Assembly (NCBI GenBank): GCA_965243515.1
Contig: OZ251572.1
Coordinates: 1,047,239 to 1,111,238, forward strand
Direction: 5' to 3'
Source: Phototrophicaceae bacterium
GTDB lineage: Bacteria > Chloroflexota > Anaerolineae > Aggregatilineales > Phototrophicaceae
DNA: 64,000 nucleotides
The notes under the pieces were generated by a model, which made no database searches, was not told where the DNA came from, and saw only the letters and a program-made list of their open reading frames with translations. Positions 34,623 through 43,845 of this stretch are shown in pieces. Numbering within the stretch: position 1 is the first letter of the stretch; each line of letters opens with the position of its first letter. A program made the translations under genes and the position numbers.

Positions 34623-35516
34623 CTACACGATTCCGATGATGTACAGATAAAGGAAGACCCATGTCGCCACCCATACCAGCGCATCGATGCGGTCAAGGAC
34701 GCCGCCGTGACCGGGAAACAGATTAAAGCCTTTGACATAGCTGTCTTTGACGCTGAAGAAACGTTTCAAGGCTGATTCAAACAGGTCGCCGCTGACGGCG
34801 AGGAACGGGCCGACGACCACCATGGGGATCAGTATCGGCTGGAAGACGCCGCTGATGATTAGGATAACAAAGGCGAGGATCCAGGCGCCGAGGATGCCGC
34901 CGATGGCGCCTTCGACGGTTTTATGCGGCGAGATCAGCGGCGCCAGCTTGGTTTTGCCGAAGATGCGCCCGAAAACATAAGCGAATGTATCGGCGCCCCA
35001 GGTGATGGCATAGACGACAAAGAGCCATACCAATCCGTTTGGCTGGCTATTGCGGACGCTAAGCAGGAAGGCGGCGGGGAAGGCGATGTAGATGATGCCG
35101 CACATGGTGATGCCAACCTGCGCCAGCGCGCGGCGGCCCGCTTTGGGCTGGCGCGAGAACTCCAAGATCAAAGTCAGGACAGCGCCGCCGCCGGCCGCCA
35201 GCAGCCAGAGCCAATCCTGATTCAAAAAGAAACCCAGCGCGATGGCGATGCCAGTCGGGATGCCGGTCAGCGAACTGCCTTGCATGGCGGTGTCTTTTTC
35301 CATCACATAGAATTCCAGCATGCCGATGCACATGACCGGCAGCAGGATGATGAGGAAGGGGATGCCGCCGGCGAAGGACGCCAGCAGCGCCACTGGCAGG
35401 AGAACGGCCGCGGTGACAAGCCGCAGGCGAAGGTTGGCTGTTTTGCCGGAGTTGGTGAAAAGTCCGCCGCTCATGCTGTTCGCCTCTGGAATCGAATCCG
35501 CGCTTAATCCATCCAA
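34623..35516 (-). CDS. cdsA: Phosphatidate cytidylyltransferase
   Basis: TWGADTFAYVFGRIFGKTKLAPLISPHKTVEGAIGG and SGDLFESALKRFFSVKDS..LFPGHGGVLDRIDAL. The start may be ATG 35474. Confidence 0.9.
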   Translation of the reverse strand: MDGLSADSIPEANSMSGGLFTNSGKTANLRLRLVTAAVLLPVALLASFAGGIPFLIILLPVMCIGMLEFYVMEKDTAMQGSSLTGIPTGIAIALGFFLNQDWLWLLAAGGGAVLTLILEFSRQPKAGRRALAQVGITMCGIIYIAFPAAFLLSVRNSQPNGLVWLFVVYAITWGADTFAYVFGRIFGKTKLAPLISPHKTVEGAIGGILGAWILAFVILIISGVFQPILIPMVVVGPFLAVSGDLFESALKRFFSVKDSYVKGFNLFPGHGGVLDRIDALVWVATWVFLYLYIIGIV

Positions 35517-35536
35517 ATGTCATTATACTCTTGCGA

Positions 35537-35558
35537 ACCTTTTTGTTTCAAAAAAGGT
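35537..35558. other. A/T-rich 8-bp hairpin between the orphan ORF and cdsA (weak terminator candidate)
   Basis: accttttt-gtttca-aaaaaggt. On the minus strand no U-run follows; on the plus strand UAUUUU follows after GG. Confidence 0.25.
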
Positions 35559-35610
35559 GGTATTTTAAGCATCTTTCGCCACACTATAGGATTTAGAGGA
35601 TTCTGCCACA

Positions 35611-36543
35611 TCAATACTCAATTCCGCCATATTGGTAACGCCGTTGATTCCTTCCCGCAGACACCTTGTCGTAAAATTCGCCTGCCAGACTATATGCCAA
35701 AACAAATTCCTGAATACCATAAATCATTGAGAAACATTGACCCCTTACAAATTCCTTCTCTTCTTCGCTTTTATCAGCACGCTTCTTTGCTATTGTATTT
35801 CTATATGTTCTCCACTGAATAACCTGATCGGCTACAATCTTTGTGATTATGTCCTCTTCAACAAATTTTTGCGTTATCCATGCCGGAAAGTTCACATTTC
35901 GCGCAGGCGCTTTGCACTTTCCAATAAGGCAGAGTCTTTGCTCTAGTACATCGTAAGCCTTTATAATGGCATCATCTGGTTTTCCTTCTTCATATAGACC
36001 CATTGCCGCTTGTAATTCTTCGTCCATTATTCTATACATAAAACGTTCCACATCGCTTCCATTTAAGAAAGCGCGCAAGTTTTTTATTCCTTTGCGAAAC
36101 CATCGGCACGAATTGATATAGTCAGCAGTCGACTTGTGTAAGCTATCAGGCCCGATAAGTGGGCCGCGATTCTCTACAAGACCTACATATACACCCATGC
36201 CGTATAACAAATTTTGTAGATTATCGACTAATTCGCTATCCTGCTGTTTAAGTGCGTCCAACATTTCTTGGTCTTTCTTCCAGTTTTTCTGTAGACAATC
36301 CCAAACATCATCAGGGATCAACCCATCCTTGTCTCTCCACACACCATCCTTTGTCAATTCCCAGCCAGGAACAAATGATTCCAAATTTTCCTCATCCCCA
36401 TCTTTGAAATAAGATAGATCGCCCGGCGGTTTTATTTTGTGCTCACATGGATGGAGTTCAATTTTATCACCATTCCAGTTTGTTCCGTAACGTGGACCGG
36501 CATTCATCTCTGCGCGCTGTTGGGTTAATTTTTCGTTTCCCAT
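35611..36543 (-). CDS. Hypothetical protein (310 aa), AT-rich orphan inserted between cdsA and frr
   Basis: Long ORF with no competing frame, a soluble charged composition and a helical C-terminal half. A hand count gives 24/60 G+C at 36241-36300. No family recognised. Confidence 0.5.
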   Translation of the reverse strand: MGNEKLTQQRAEMNAGPRYGTNWNGDKIELHPCEHKIKPPGDLSYFKDGDEENLESFVPGWELTKDGVWRDKDGLIPDDVWDCLQKNWKKDQEMLDALKQQDSELVDNLQNLLYGMGVYVGLVENRGPLIGPDSLHKSTADYINSCRWFRKGIKNLRAFLNGSDVERFMYRIMDEELQAAMGLYEEGKPDDAIIKAYDVLEQRLCLIGKCKAPARNVNFPAWITQKFVEEDIITKIVADQVIQWRTYRNTIAKKRADKSEEEKEFVRGQCFSMIYGIQEFVLAYSLAGEFYDKVSAGRNQRRYQYGGIEY

Positions 36544-36727
36544 TTTCTTACCCTTTCTATAGCCGTGTTATTAATTTGACTCGCCTGATGTCTTTATTTT
36601 AACATTAGCTGGCCAGACTTGCATACCGCGCTTACATTATCGGGCAAATGGGGATATAATAAAATGGTTCGGCGGCAGCCGCGCTTTTGGGGCTGATGCA
36701 AGCCGGTAACGAAGACCTTGGGACAGG

Positions 36728-37294
36728 ATGGCTGTGATGATTAATGACATACTGGACGAAGCGAAACACAAGATGAACGCGACCTTGTCGGTTTTTCGGG
36801 AAGATTTAAGCCGAATGCGGAGCGGGCGCGCCAGCACGGCTTTGGTCAATCGGCTGATGGTCGAGTATTATGGACAGGATACGGAATTGCGCCAGCTGGC
36901 GAGCATTTCGACCCCGGAAGCGATGCAAATACTGATTCGCCCTTATGATAAAGCGGCTGTGAAGAGCATCGAGAAAGCCATTCAAATGTCGGATATCGGC
37001 GTCAATCCCAGCGTGGATGGCGAGAATATCCGCTTGAATATGCCGGCTTTGACCCGCGAGCGGCGCCGCGAGCTGGTGAAATTTCTGAACCGCCGCATGG
37101 AAGATGCGCGGGTTGCCATTCGCAATATCCGCCGTTCGGCAAACAGCGATTTGCTGGAATTTGAAAAAGAGAAAATGATTTCCGAAGATGACCGCAAGCG
37201 GGGCGAAAACGAAGTGCAGAAGCTGACCGACTCGTTTATCCGACAAATCGACGAACTGGGCGCCGACAAAGAGAAAGATATTATGGAAGTGTAG
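36728..37294 (+). CDS. frr: Ribosome recycling factor
   Basis: Full-length RRF pattern: REDLSRMRSGRASTALV, ISTPEAMQILIRPYD and NIRLNMPALTRERRRELVK. The start could be ATG 36737. Confidence 0.97.
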   Translation: MAVMINDILDEAKHKMNATLSVFREDLSRMRSGRASTALVNRLMVEYYGQDTELRQLASISTPEAMQILIRPYDKAAVKSIEKAIQMSDIGVNPSVDGENIRLNMPALTRERRRELVKFLNRRMEDARVAIRNIRRSANSDLLEFEKEKMISEDDRKRGENEVQKLTDSFIRQIDELGADKEKDIMEV

Positions 37295-37398
37295 CCGTCT
37301 GGCGCGCGCATCACCGCGGCAATAAGGATTTCTCGCCGCGGCGGTGTACACGGTATCGGAGACCTTTGTAATCACCCGTGGGATTCTGGGGTAAATCT

Positions 37399-38169
37399 AT
37401 GACGTTGGCAACCAACCAAAATCATTGGCGGCGGCAGCTGCCCCCGCTTGAAAAAGTGCCGACTCATGCTGCGATTATTATGGACGGCAACGGCCGCTGG
37501 GCAAAGCAGCGGGGTTTGCCGCGTTCGGTGGGGCATCGTCAGGGGACTGAAAATCTGCGGCGTATTATCCGGGCGGCGGTTGAGTTTGGCGTGAAGGTGA
37601 TGACGATTTACGCGTTCTCGACGGAAAACTGGTCGCGCCCGCGCCGCGAGGTCATGCTGCTGATGCGGATCCTGGAGATGGTGATCGACCGCGAGCTTCA
37701 GGAACTCCATGATGAAGGGGTGCAGATTCGGCACATTGGCGAGTTGGACGGGATCGAACCGCGATTGGCAAAGAAGGTGGTCGAGGCCTGTGAGTTCACG
37801 CGGGACAATCGGCGTTTGATTTTGAATGTCGCCTTTAATTACGGCGGGCGCGATGAGATTGTCCGCGCCGTGCAGCGGATTGTCCGCGATGGCATCCCAG
37901 CCGAGCAGATTACCGAAGCGACTATCAGCGATTACATCTACACCAGCGATTTGCCCGACCCCGACCTGATTATCCGCACCAGCGGCGAGTTTCGCTTGAG
38001 CAACTTTCTTATCTGGCAGGGGGCTTACAGCGAAATCTATACCACGCCAACCTATTGGCCAGACTTTGACAAGGCGGAATTTCACCGGGCGCTGATGGAA
38101 TTTGGCAATCGGCGGCGGCGCTTTGGCAAAACTGATGAGCAGATTGATGCCGACCCTGACCGTCGATGA
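37399..38169 (+). CDS. uppS: Isoprenyl transferase / undecaprenyl-diphosphate synthase
   Basis: [48 protein letters not shown] and RRFG. I moved the start to ATG 37399. Confidence 0.95.
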   Translation: MTLATNQNHWRRQLPPLEKVPTHAAIIMDGNGRWAKQRGLPRSVGHRQGTENLRRIIRAAVEFGVKVMTIYAFSTENWSRPRREVMLLMRILEMVIDRELQELHDEGVQIRHIGELDGIEPRLAKKVVEACEFTRDNRRLILNVAFNYGGRDEIVRAVQRIVRDGIPAEQITEATISDYIYTSDLPDPDLIIRTSGEFRLSNFLIWQGAYSEIYTTPTYWPDFDKAEFHRALMEFGNRRRRFGKTDEQIDADPDRR

Positions 38170-38187
38170 CCAGGGCCTCAAGGGACG

Positions 38188-39162
38188 ATGAGCATGAGGA
38201 AAAAACGACTCGGCCGAACCGAGATTGAGCTTCCGATTGTGGGGATTGGAACGGCATTCACTGGCATCCCAACCCAGAATCAAACGGTCGATGACTATGA
38301 AGGCGCGCCTAATCAGGCTGATGAAGAGCTTGGCGCCGCCGCGCTGACGGCGGCCTTGGATGCCGGCTGTAGATTTATTGACACCGCCGCGTTGTACGGC
38401 CGCACGTTGAGCGAGAAGATGATTGGCGAAGCCCTGCGCCGCCGCCCGGAACTGAAAGCGGACGTTGTCGTCACTACCAAAGCCGGGCGCGTCTATGAAG
38501 GCTATGATTTCAGTTTTGAGGGCCTTGTCAAGAGCGTCTATGCCAGTCTGGAACGGCTGGGGCTGGACGCGCTGGACATCGTGTACATCCATGACGCTAT
38601 GGGACGTCCGATGGAGGAGATACTGTCAAAGCAGGGCGCGCTGGGGGCTTTGCGTCATTTGCAGGCCGAGGGCATTGTCAAATTTGTCGGGACGGCCGCC
38701 AATGACCCGGCGACCAATGCGGCGTATATCCAAACTGGCGAATTTGACGCGGCTGTCATTGCTGACTGCTGGAGCCTCATCAATCTGAAAGCGCGGGAGG
38801 AAATCTTCCCGGCGGCCAGCAAGCATGACGTTGGTCTGGTAACGGCGACGCCGCTGGAGCGCGGTCTGCTGGTGACGGGCCCGGTCGCTGATGCGCGGTA
38901 TCTCAATCGGAATTTCAGCCAGGCCTGTCTTGATCATGTCGGCAGGATTCAGCGCGTGTGCCAGCGATATGGCGTTCCGATGATTGCGGCGGCTTTGCAG
39001 TGGTGCCCGCGTCATCCGCAGGTTGCTTCTGTTATTCCGGGCGTGCGGCTGTCGCAGGAAGCCGAAACCAGCATGGCGGCGGCGCGAATGGATATTCCAG
39101 ATGAATTATGGGCCGATTTACAGCCCTTGGTGAAGCACTTTGACACGGCGATTCCGGTTTAG
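38188..39162 (+). CDS. Aldo/keto reductase
   Basis: LGRTEIELPIVGIGT, IDTAALYGRTLSEKMIGEAL, YIHD, and the C-terminal VIPGVRLSQEAE. Confidence 0.85.
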   Translation: MSMRKKRLGRTEIELPIVGIGTAFTGIPTQNQTVDDYEGAPNQADEELGAAALTAALDAGCRFIDTAALYGRTLSEKMIGEALRRRPELKADVVVTTKAGRVYEGYDFSFEGLVKSVYASLERLGLDALDIVYIHDAMGRPMEEILSKQGALGALRHLQAEGIVKFVGTAANDPATNAAYIQTGEFDAAVIADCWSLINLKAREEIFPAASKHDVGLVTATPLERGLLVTGPVADARYLNRNFSQACLDHVGRIQRVCQRYGVPMIAAALQWCPRHPQVASVIPGVRLSQEAETSMAAARMDIPDELWADLQPLVKHFDTAIPV

Positions 39163-40181
39163 CCGCGTTTAGGCGCTGGGCTGGCGGTGTCCAGTTCGCG
39201 CGCCGAGGCGATGTCGGTCCAGCCCATGCCCTGATAAACCAGGAAGCCGAACCCAGCCACAGTCACCGGCAGCGCGACGACGATATGCACAAGGACGGCA
39301 TAAGCCGCCGCGGTGGCCGCTGGTATGCCGACGGCGATTAAAATGGCGCTGATGACAAATTCAAAAACGCCGATCTGGCCGGGCGAGGCCGGTATCAGGC
39401 CGGCCAAGTTGACGGCGCCGATCAGCAGCAGCGCCAGCGGGTAGCTCAATTCCAGCCCAAAGGCGGCCATGACAATCCAATAGACGGCGGCTTCGATAGC
39501 CCAGGTTAAAAACGAACTGACGACCGCGCCCAGCAGGTCAAGCGGACTTCGCAGGCCTTCCAGCCCGACCAGAATGTCCTCGCTGATGCCGCTGATGACG
39601 GCGGCTGGCTTTTGCGGGAGTATTTTGTGCAGGAGCTTGACAAGCTGCCGCAGGCGGTTTGCTTGGGCCGCCAAGATAAAGAATATCAGCATGGCGCCAA
39701 TAAACAGGGGCGCGGTCACTGTGGCGATGGCTCTGGCTTCGGACGACTGCACATCGACCAGCAGAAGGCCGAGCAGAACAAAGGTCAGCATGACCAGGCC
39801 GTCCAATACGCGTTCGATCAGAATAGTTGTGGCGGCGCGCGCCAATGGCACCTGATGGCCGCGGCGCAGAAGCCAGGCGCGCAGAGCCTCGCCGGCGCGG
39901 AGCGGATAGACGGTGTTGCCCATATAGCCGATGGCGACAATCCGCGTCAGTGAATGCAGGGGGATATGCTGGACGGCGCGCAAAAGGAACTGCCAGCGCA
40001 GGGAAATCACGGCTACAGCTAGAAAATAGACCAGCGCCGCCAGCAGCGTCAGCGGCAAATCAACATGGCGCAGAGTGTTCCAGAACTGTTCGGGCTGCAA
40101 ATCCCGAAAGGTAAGAAACAGCATGACCAGGCTGATAAGCAGGCCGATGCCAATAAGAATGCGCTTGCCGCCGATGTTCAT
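39159..40181 (-). CDS. UPF0104 / lysylphosphatidylglycerol-synthase-TM-region-like (flippase-like) membrane protein
   Basis: About 8 TM helices with KRILIGIGLLISLVMLFLTFRDL...LRWQFLL...PLRAGEALRAWLL, typical of the TIGR00374-like family. Confidence 0.7.
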   Translation of the reverse strand: MNIGGKRILIGIGLLISLVMLFLTFRDLQPEQFWNTLRHVDLPLTLLAALVYFLAVAVISLRWQFLLRAVQHIPLHSLTRIVAIGYMGNTVYPLRAGEALRAWLLRRGHQVPLARAATTILIERVLDGLVMLTFVLLGLLLVDVQSSEARAIATVTAPLFIGAMLIFFILAAQANRLRQLVKLLHKILPQKPAAVISGISEDILVGLEGLRSPLDLLGAVVSSFLTWAIEAAVYWIVMAAFGLELSYPLALLLIGAVNLAGLIPASPGQIGVFEFVISAILIAVGIPAATAAAYAVLVHIVVALPVTVAGFGFLVYQGMGWTDIASARELDTASPAPKRG

Positions 40182-40232
40182 TGCCGTACCATAGCAGAGG
40201 ATGGGGCAGCTGTGTAGATGTAAAGTATTTTG

Positions 40233-41366
40233 TCAAGCGCCCAGCGGCAGTCGGTCCAATGCCGGCCGCGGCGGCGCATAGCTAAGGGCGAGCGCATCGG
40301 CGACGGCTGGATGCGTGCATTGCCCGGCAAAGGTGTTCAGCCCTTTGAGAAAACCGTCATCGGCTTGCAGGGCCGCTTTCGCTCCCATATTGGCGATTTT
40401 CAGCGCGTAGGGCAGGGTGGCGTTGGACAATGCCAGGCTGGACGTTCGGGGGACGGCGCCGGGCATATTGGCGACGCCATAATGCAGAACGCCGTCGATG
40501 ACGTAAGTTGGGTCGGTATGCGTTGTGACGCGGGTTGTTTCCACGCAGCCGCCCTGATCGACGGCGACGTCAACGATGACGGCGCCTTGTGGCATGGCAG
40601 GCAGCATATCCCGCGTGACCAGCATGGGGGCGCGGGCGCCGGCGATCAAAACCGAGCCGATGAGGGCATCCGCCGTCTGAATGGCATGGGTGATATTGCT
40701 GTGGCTGGAATACAGGGCGCCGAAGCGGCCGGCCAGCAGATCATCCAGGCGGCGCAGACGGTCGAGGTTAATGTCGAGCAGGGTGACGCGGGCACCCATG
40801 CCCAGCGCGATTTTGGCGGCGTTGGCGCCGACTGTGCCGCCGCCGAGAATAACGACGTGAGCAGGGGCCACGCCAGGCACACCGCCCATTAGGATGCCGC
40901 GGCCGCCTTGCGGTTTTTCCAGATAATGCGAGACGACCTGCGCCGCCATCCGTCCGGCGACTTCGCTCATTGGCTCCAGCAGCGGCAGACGCCCGGCCGC
41001 ATCTTCGACGGTTTCATAGGCGATCCCCGTCACGCCGCTGTCAAGCATGGCATGCGTGAGACTCTCCTCGGCCGCCAGATGCAAATAGGTGAAAAGGGTC
41101 AGGTCAGGGCGCAGATAAGCATATTCAATCGCCTGGGGTTCCTTGACTTTGATGATCAAATCGGCGCGTGACCAGACCTCGGCCGCCGAATCAAGCAGGA
41201 CGGCCCCGGCGGCCGCATATTCATCGTCGGAAAAGCCGCTGCCGCTTCCAGCCCCGCTCTCGACAAAAGCGCGGTGGCCGCGCTTGACCAATTCGCCTAG
41301 GCCAGCCGGCGGCAGCGCCACGCGATGCTCATCGGCCTTGAGTTCTTTGGGGATGCCAATGTTCAT
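40233..41366 (-). CDS. ald: Alanine dehydrogenase
   Basis: MNIGIPKELKADEHRVALPP, IIKVKEP, MSEVAGRMA and VVILGGGTVGANAA. Confidence 0.95.
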   Translation of the reverse strand: MNIGIPKELKADEHRVALPPAGLGELVKRGHRAFVESGAGSGSGFSDDEYAAAGAVLLDSAAEVWSRADLIIKVKEPQAIEYAYLRPDLTLFTYLHLAAEESLTHAMLDSGVTGIAYETVEDAAGRLPLLEPMSEVAGRMAAQVVSHYLEKPQGGRGILMGGVPGVAPAHVVILGGGTVGANAAKIALGMGARVTLLDINLDRLRRLDDLLAGRFGALYSSHSNITHAIQTADALIGSVLIAGARAPMLVTRDMLPAMPQGAVIVDVAVDQGGCVETTRVTTHTDPTYVIDGVLHYGVANMPGAVPRTSSLALSNATLPYALKIANMGAKAALQADDGFLKGLNTFAGQCTHPAVADALALSYAPPRPALDRLPLGA

Positions 41367-41459
41367 GGGTCGTTTTCCTGTACAGTCCGCTTTCCTATTA
41401 TTGTACGCGGCGCAGGAAAATTGTCCACCAATTTCGTACAGAACGCACGAATAGATGTG

Positions 41460-42572
41460 TCAAATGACAAAATGCTCGTATTCGTTTTCGGCTGGCAGCC
41501 CCCAAACTGACCAGAAATCGCCGGTGCGCGGACACATGATGGCGGCGCCGCAGCTTTCGACGTCCATTGGCGGCTTGGGGCGGGTGCAGATAGCTTCTTC
41601 GTCGCGGGTGAGCGACATCAGGTCGTCAATGGCGACGGCGTCTTTGGCCAGCAGTTCGCGGGCGCGGCGCAGTCGATTCTCTGAACTGTTTTGGGAGTCG
41701 GGCGGCCGTTGGCGGGCCAGCCGCAGGTTCTTCTGGATGAGGCAGTGGTTGGTGTGGACGATGGTCTCGTCGGTGAGTTCGCGGATGTGCATGGATGTGG
41801 ACATGGCTTCAGCTTCATAGCCGCGGCCTTGTCCGTCCATCAGCATATAATTGTGCGCGCCGGCTAGTTTGGCGCCGGTCAGGCAGGCGAGGGCGTCTTC
41901 CAAATTGCCTTGCTGGAGGATTTTCCGCACGACAAAAGGCCAAGTCACGCCGATTTGACCGTCGGTCGACATCAGATTGTTGATGCCAACGGCGATGCCG
42001 GCGCTGTTCATCCCAATCATACCGACGCAGCCAGTGATGGTGAAGGCGAGGAAGGCCGGCGCATTCGGCGGCTGGCCATGGAGCAAAATCACATAGGGCG
42101 TCGCCGAGGCGTGCATGTCCCAAGTTTGGCCGAAGAAGCCTTGTCCAGTGACACTGCGGCGGTTGGGGATCATAAAGGCGGTGCAGTTGTCGGCGGCATA
42201 GGAAGGCGCGGCGGCTGGCTGGACGGCGCTGCCCAAGTTATAGACGACATCGATAAAATCGGTAAAGCCGTTGTTGATGACCAGTTCGGCCAGACTTAGG
42301 CCAGTCGCGTCGGCCATGCCCTGCAATTCGTCCATCAAATCGGGAGCATAGCGCTGATGCTCGGTGACGCAGGCTTCGGCCAGGCTGATGACGGCTTGGC
42401 GCGGCAGACTATGCCCAGTCCAGCGTTTGTCCTGGCAAAGCGCCACGCGGTCTTTGGTGAACAGGTGGATTTCATCGTGAAAAAGCTGCCCGTGCGCCCA
42501 TCCCATCTCATAAGGCGAACCCGACAATTTGACAACCCGCATCTTTTTCATGGCCGTCCTCCTTGTCTGCAT
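41460..42572 (-). CDS. C45-family peptidase / acyl-CoA:6-aminopenicillanic-acid acyltransferase-like Ntn hydrolase
   Basis: LSGSPYEMGWAHG near the N-terminus and the putative nucleophile context AADNCTAFMI. Confidence 0.7.
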   Translation of the reverse strand: MQTRRTAMKKMRVVKLSGSPYEMGWAHGQLFHDEIHLFTKDRVALCQDKRWTGHSLPRQAVISLAEACVTEHQRYAPDLMDELQGMADATGLSLAELVINNGFTDFIDVVYNLGSAVQPAAAPSYAADNCTAFMIPNRRSVTGQGFFGQTWDMHASATPYVILLHGQPPNAPAFLAFTITGCVGMIGMNSAGIAVGINNLMSTDGQIGVTWPFVVRKILQQGNLEDALACLTGAKLAGAHNYMLMDGQGRGYEAEAMSTSMHIRELTDETIVHTNHCLIQKNLRLARQRPPDSQNSSENRLRRARELLAKDAVAIDDLMSLTRDEEAICTRPKPPMDVESCGAAIMCPRTGDFWSVWGLPAENEYEHFVI

Positions 42573-42620
42573 TATATTCGATTATCATAAAGATGACAAG
42601 CAAGCGGGAGGAAGCTGCTG

Positions 42621-42851
42621 ATGAACGAGATGACCGTACGCTTTTTGGTGAACTGGCTTCCCATATTGATTATTGTTGTATATGCGCTGGCGGGCGTCGC
42701 CGGGATCGCGCGTCTTCGCAATCAGTTTCGTCGCCAATCCCTTTTGGCAAATGAACTGCTGGTGTGGGTTCTCTTTGTTGCGCTTGTTCCGTTCGGGGGA
42801 TTTCTCGTCTTGATCCTCTTTCATAATCAGGACAAGCAAAAGCGCGGATGA
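42621..42851 (+). CDS. Small two-TM protein, PLD-nuclease-N-terminal (PLDc_N)-like
   Basis: 76 aa; LLVWVLFVALVPFGGFLVLILF resembles the PLDc_N motif (..iP.iG.i.Yl.f). Confidence 0.4.
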   Translation: MNEMTVRFLVNWLPILIIVVYALAGVAGIARLRNQFRRQSLLANELLVWVLFVALVPFGGFLVLILFHNQDKQKRG

Positions 42852-42889
42852 TGATGCGGCGCATGAAACAAAGTCAATGATTTTACGGA

Positions 42890-43687
42890 CTACATCTTAT
42901 CCATTTCGGCGCGGACGGTATCAAGCAGATTTTCGGCGCGGATTTGCGCCAATGTATAGCAAGGCCCGCCCAAATGGTCGGCCAAACGCTGCGCCAGGCC
43001 TTGGTCAAAGGCGACATGCTCCATATTGATGGTCACGGTGCGGATGTCAGCCTCATGGATTTTGCGGGCAATCGAATGCGCCTCTTCCTGCGGCGAAATG
43101 GATTCGCTGATGGAGACATTGCCAGCGCCGTCGGTCAGCAGAATCATCATCGGCATCACATCAGGATTGAGGTTCTTTTCGCGCATGACAGCCTCATAGG
43201 TCATCAGCAGCCCGGCCGACAGCGGCGTTTTGCCGCCGACTGGAATATCGGCCATGGCCTCCTTGGCCAGCACAACTGAATTGGTGGGCGGCAGCACCAG
43301 CGAGGCGCGGTCCTTTTGGAAGACGACCAGGCCGACGCGGTCGCGGCGCTGATAAGCATCGGTCAGCAGGGACATGATGGCGCCTTTGGTGGCCTGCATC
43401 CGCTCGGAAACGGCCATGCTCCACGAAGCGTCGACGGTGAACATGATCAGGTTGGCGGCCTTGCGAACGCGGACTTTCTCCTGCAAGTCGGTTTTTCGCA
43501 GGGCGTAGGCCATGCCGGTTTCCTGCTTTTGGGCATCGCGCTGCTTCTGAAAGGGAGCGGCGGCGCGCAGCGTGGCGTCAAAGGCGATGTCGCGCGGCTT
43601 GTCGCCGGCCTGCTTGGCGCGGACGTAGCGGCCTCGCTTGCGGTCGGTGCGCGTAGTCGAGCGGCGGCCCGACTGACGGCGAGTCAT
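42890..43687 (-). CDS. vWA/MIDAS-domain protein homologous to the C-terminal half of Mg-/Co-chelatase subunit D (BchD/ChlD/CobT-like)
   Basis: DATLRAAAPFQ...IMFTVDASWSM (MIDAS DxSxS)...VGLVVF...GGKTPLSAGL...ILLTDGAGN. The reading frame is open a further 57 codons upstream of the ATG. Confidence 0.85.
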   Translation of the reverse strand: MTRRQSGRRSTTRTDRKRGRYVRAKQAGDKPRDIAFDATLRAAAPFQKQRDAQKQETGMAYALRKTDLQEKVRVRKAANLIMFTVDASWSMAVSERMQATKGAIMSLLTDAYQRRDRVGLVVFQKDRASLVLPPTNSVVLAKEAMADIPVGGKTPLSAGLLMTYEAVMREKNLNPDVMPMMILLTDGAGNVSISESISPQEEAHSIARKIHEADIRTVTINMEHVAFDQGLAQRLADHLGGPCYTLAQIRAENLLDTVRAEMDKM

Positions 43688-43845
43688 CTTGTCAAGCTGC
43701 GTGTTCAGCTTGCGGGCTTCAAATTCGGCCCTCGATTCGATTTGCTGGCCGCCTTCCCACCAGCGGGCATCCGAACTGGGGAAGACATCCTGCGGGGCGG
43801 CTTCGGTCTGGCCAAGCTGCTCTTCCTGCGGCTCGCCCTGGCCGT

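Noticed and set aside
35611-36543. Calling the orphan 310-aa protein a HEPN/Abi nuclease.
   Set aside because: The RN-containing helix (YRNTIAKKR) lacks the His of the Rx4-6H motif. The resemblance is only impressionistic, so I kept it as a hypothetical protein.
36632-36660. Promoter for frr (TTACAT, 17-nt spacer, TATAAT), and a similar TATAAT at 54720-25 upstream of dnaG.
   Set aside because: Both have perfect -10 hexamers but the -35 matches are poor (2/6 each). They are too weak to list as features without TSS data.
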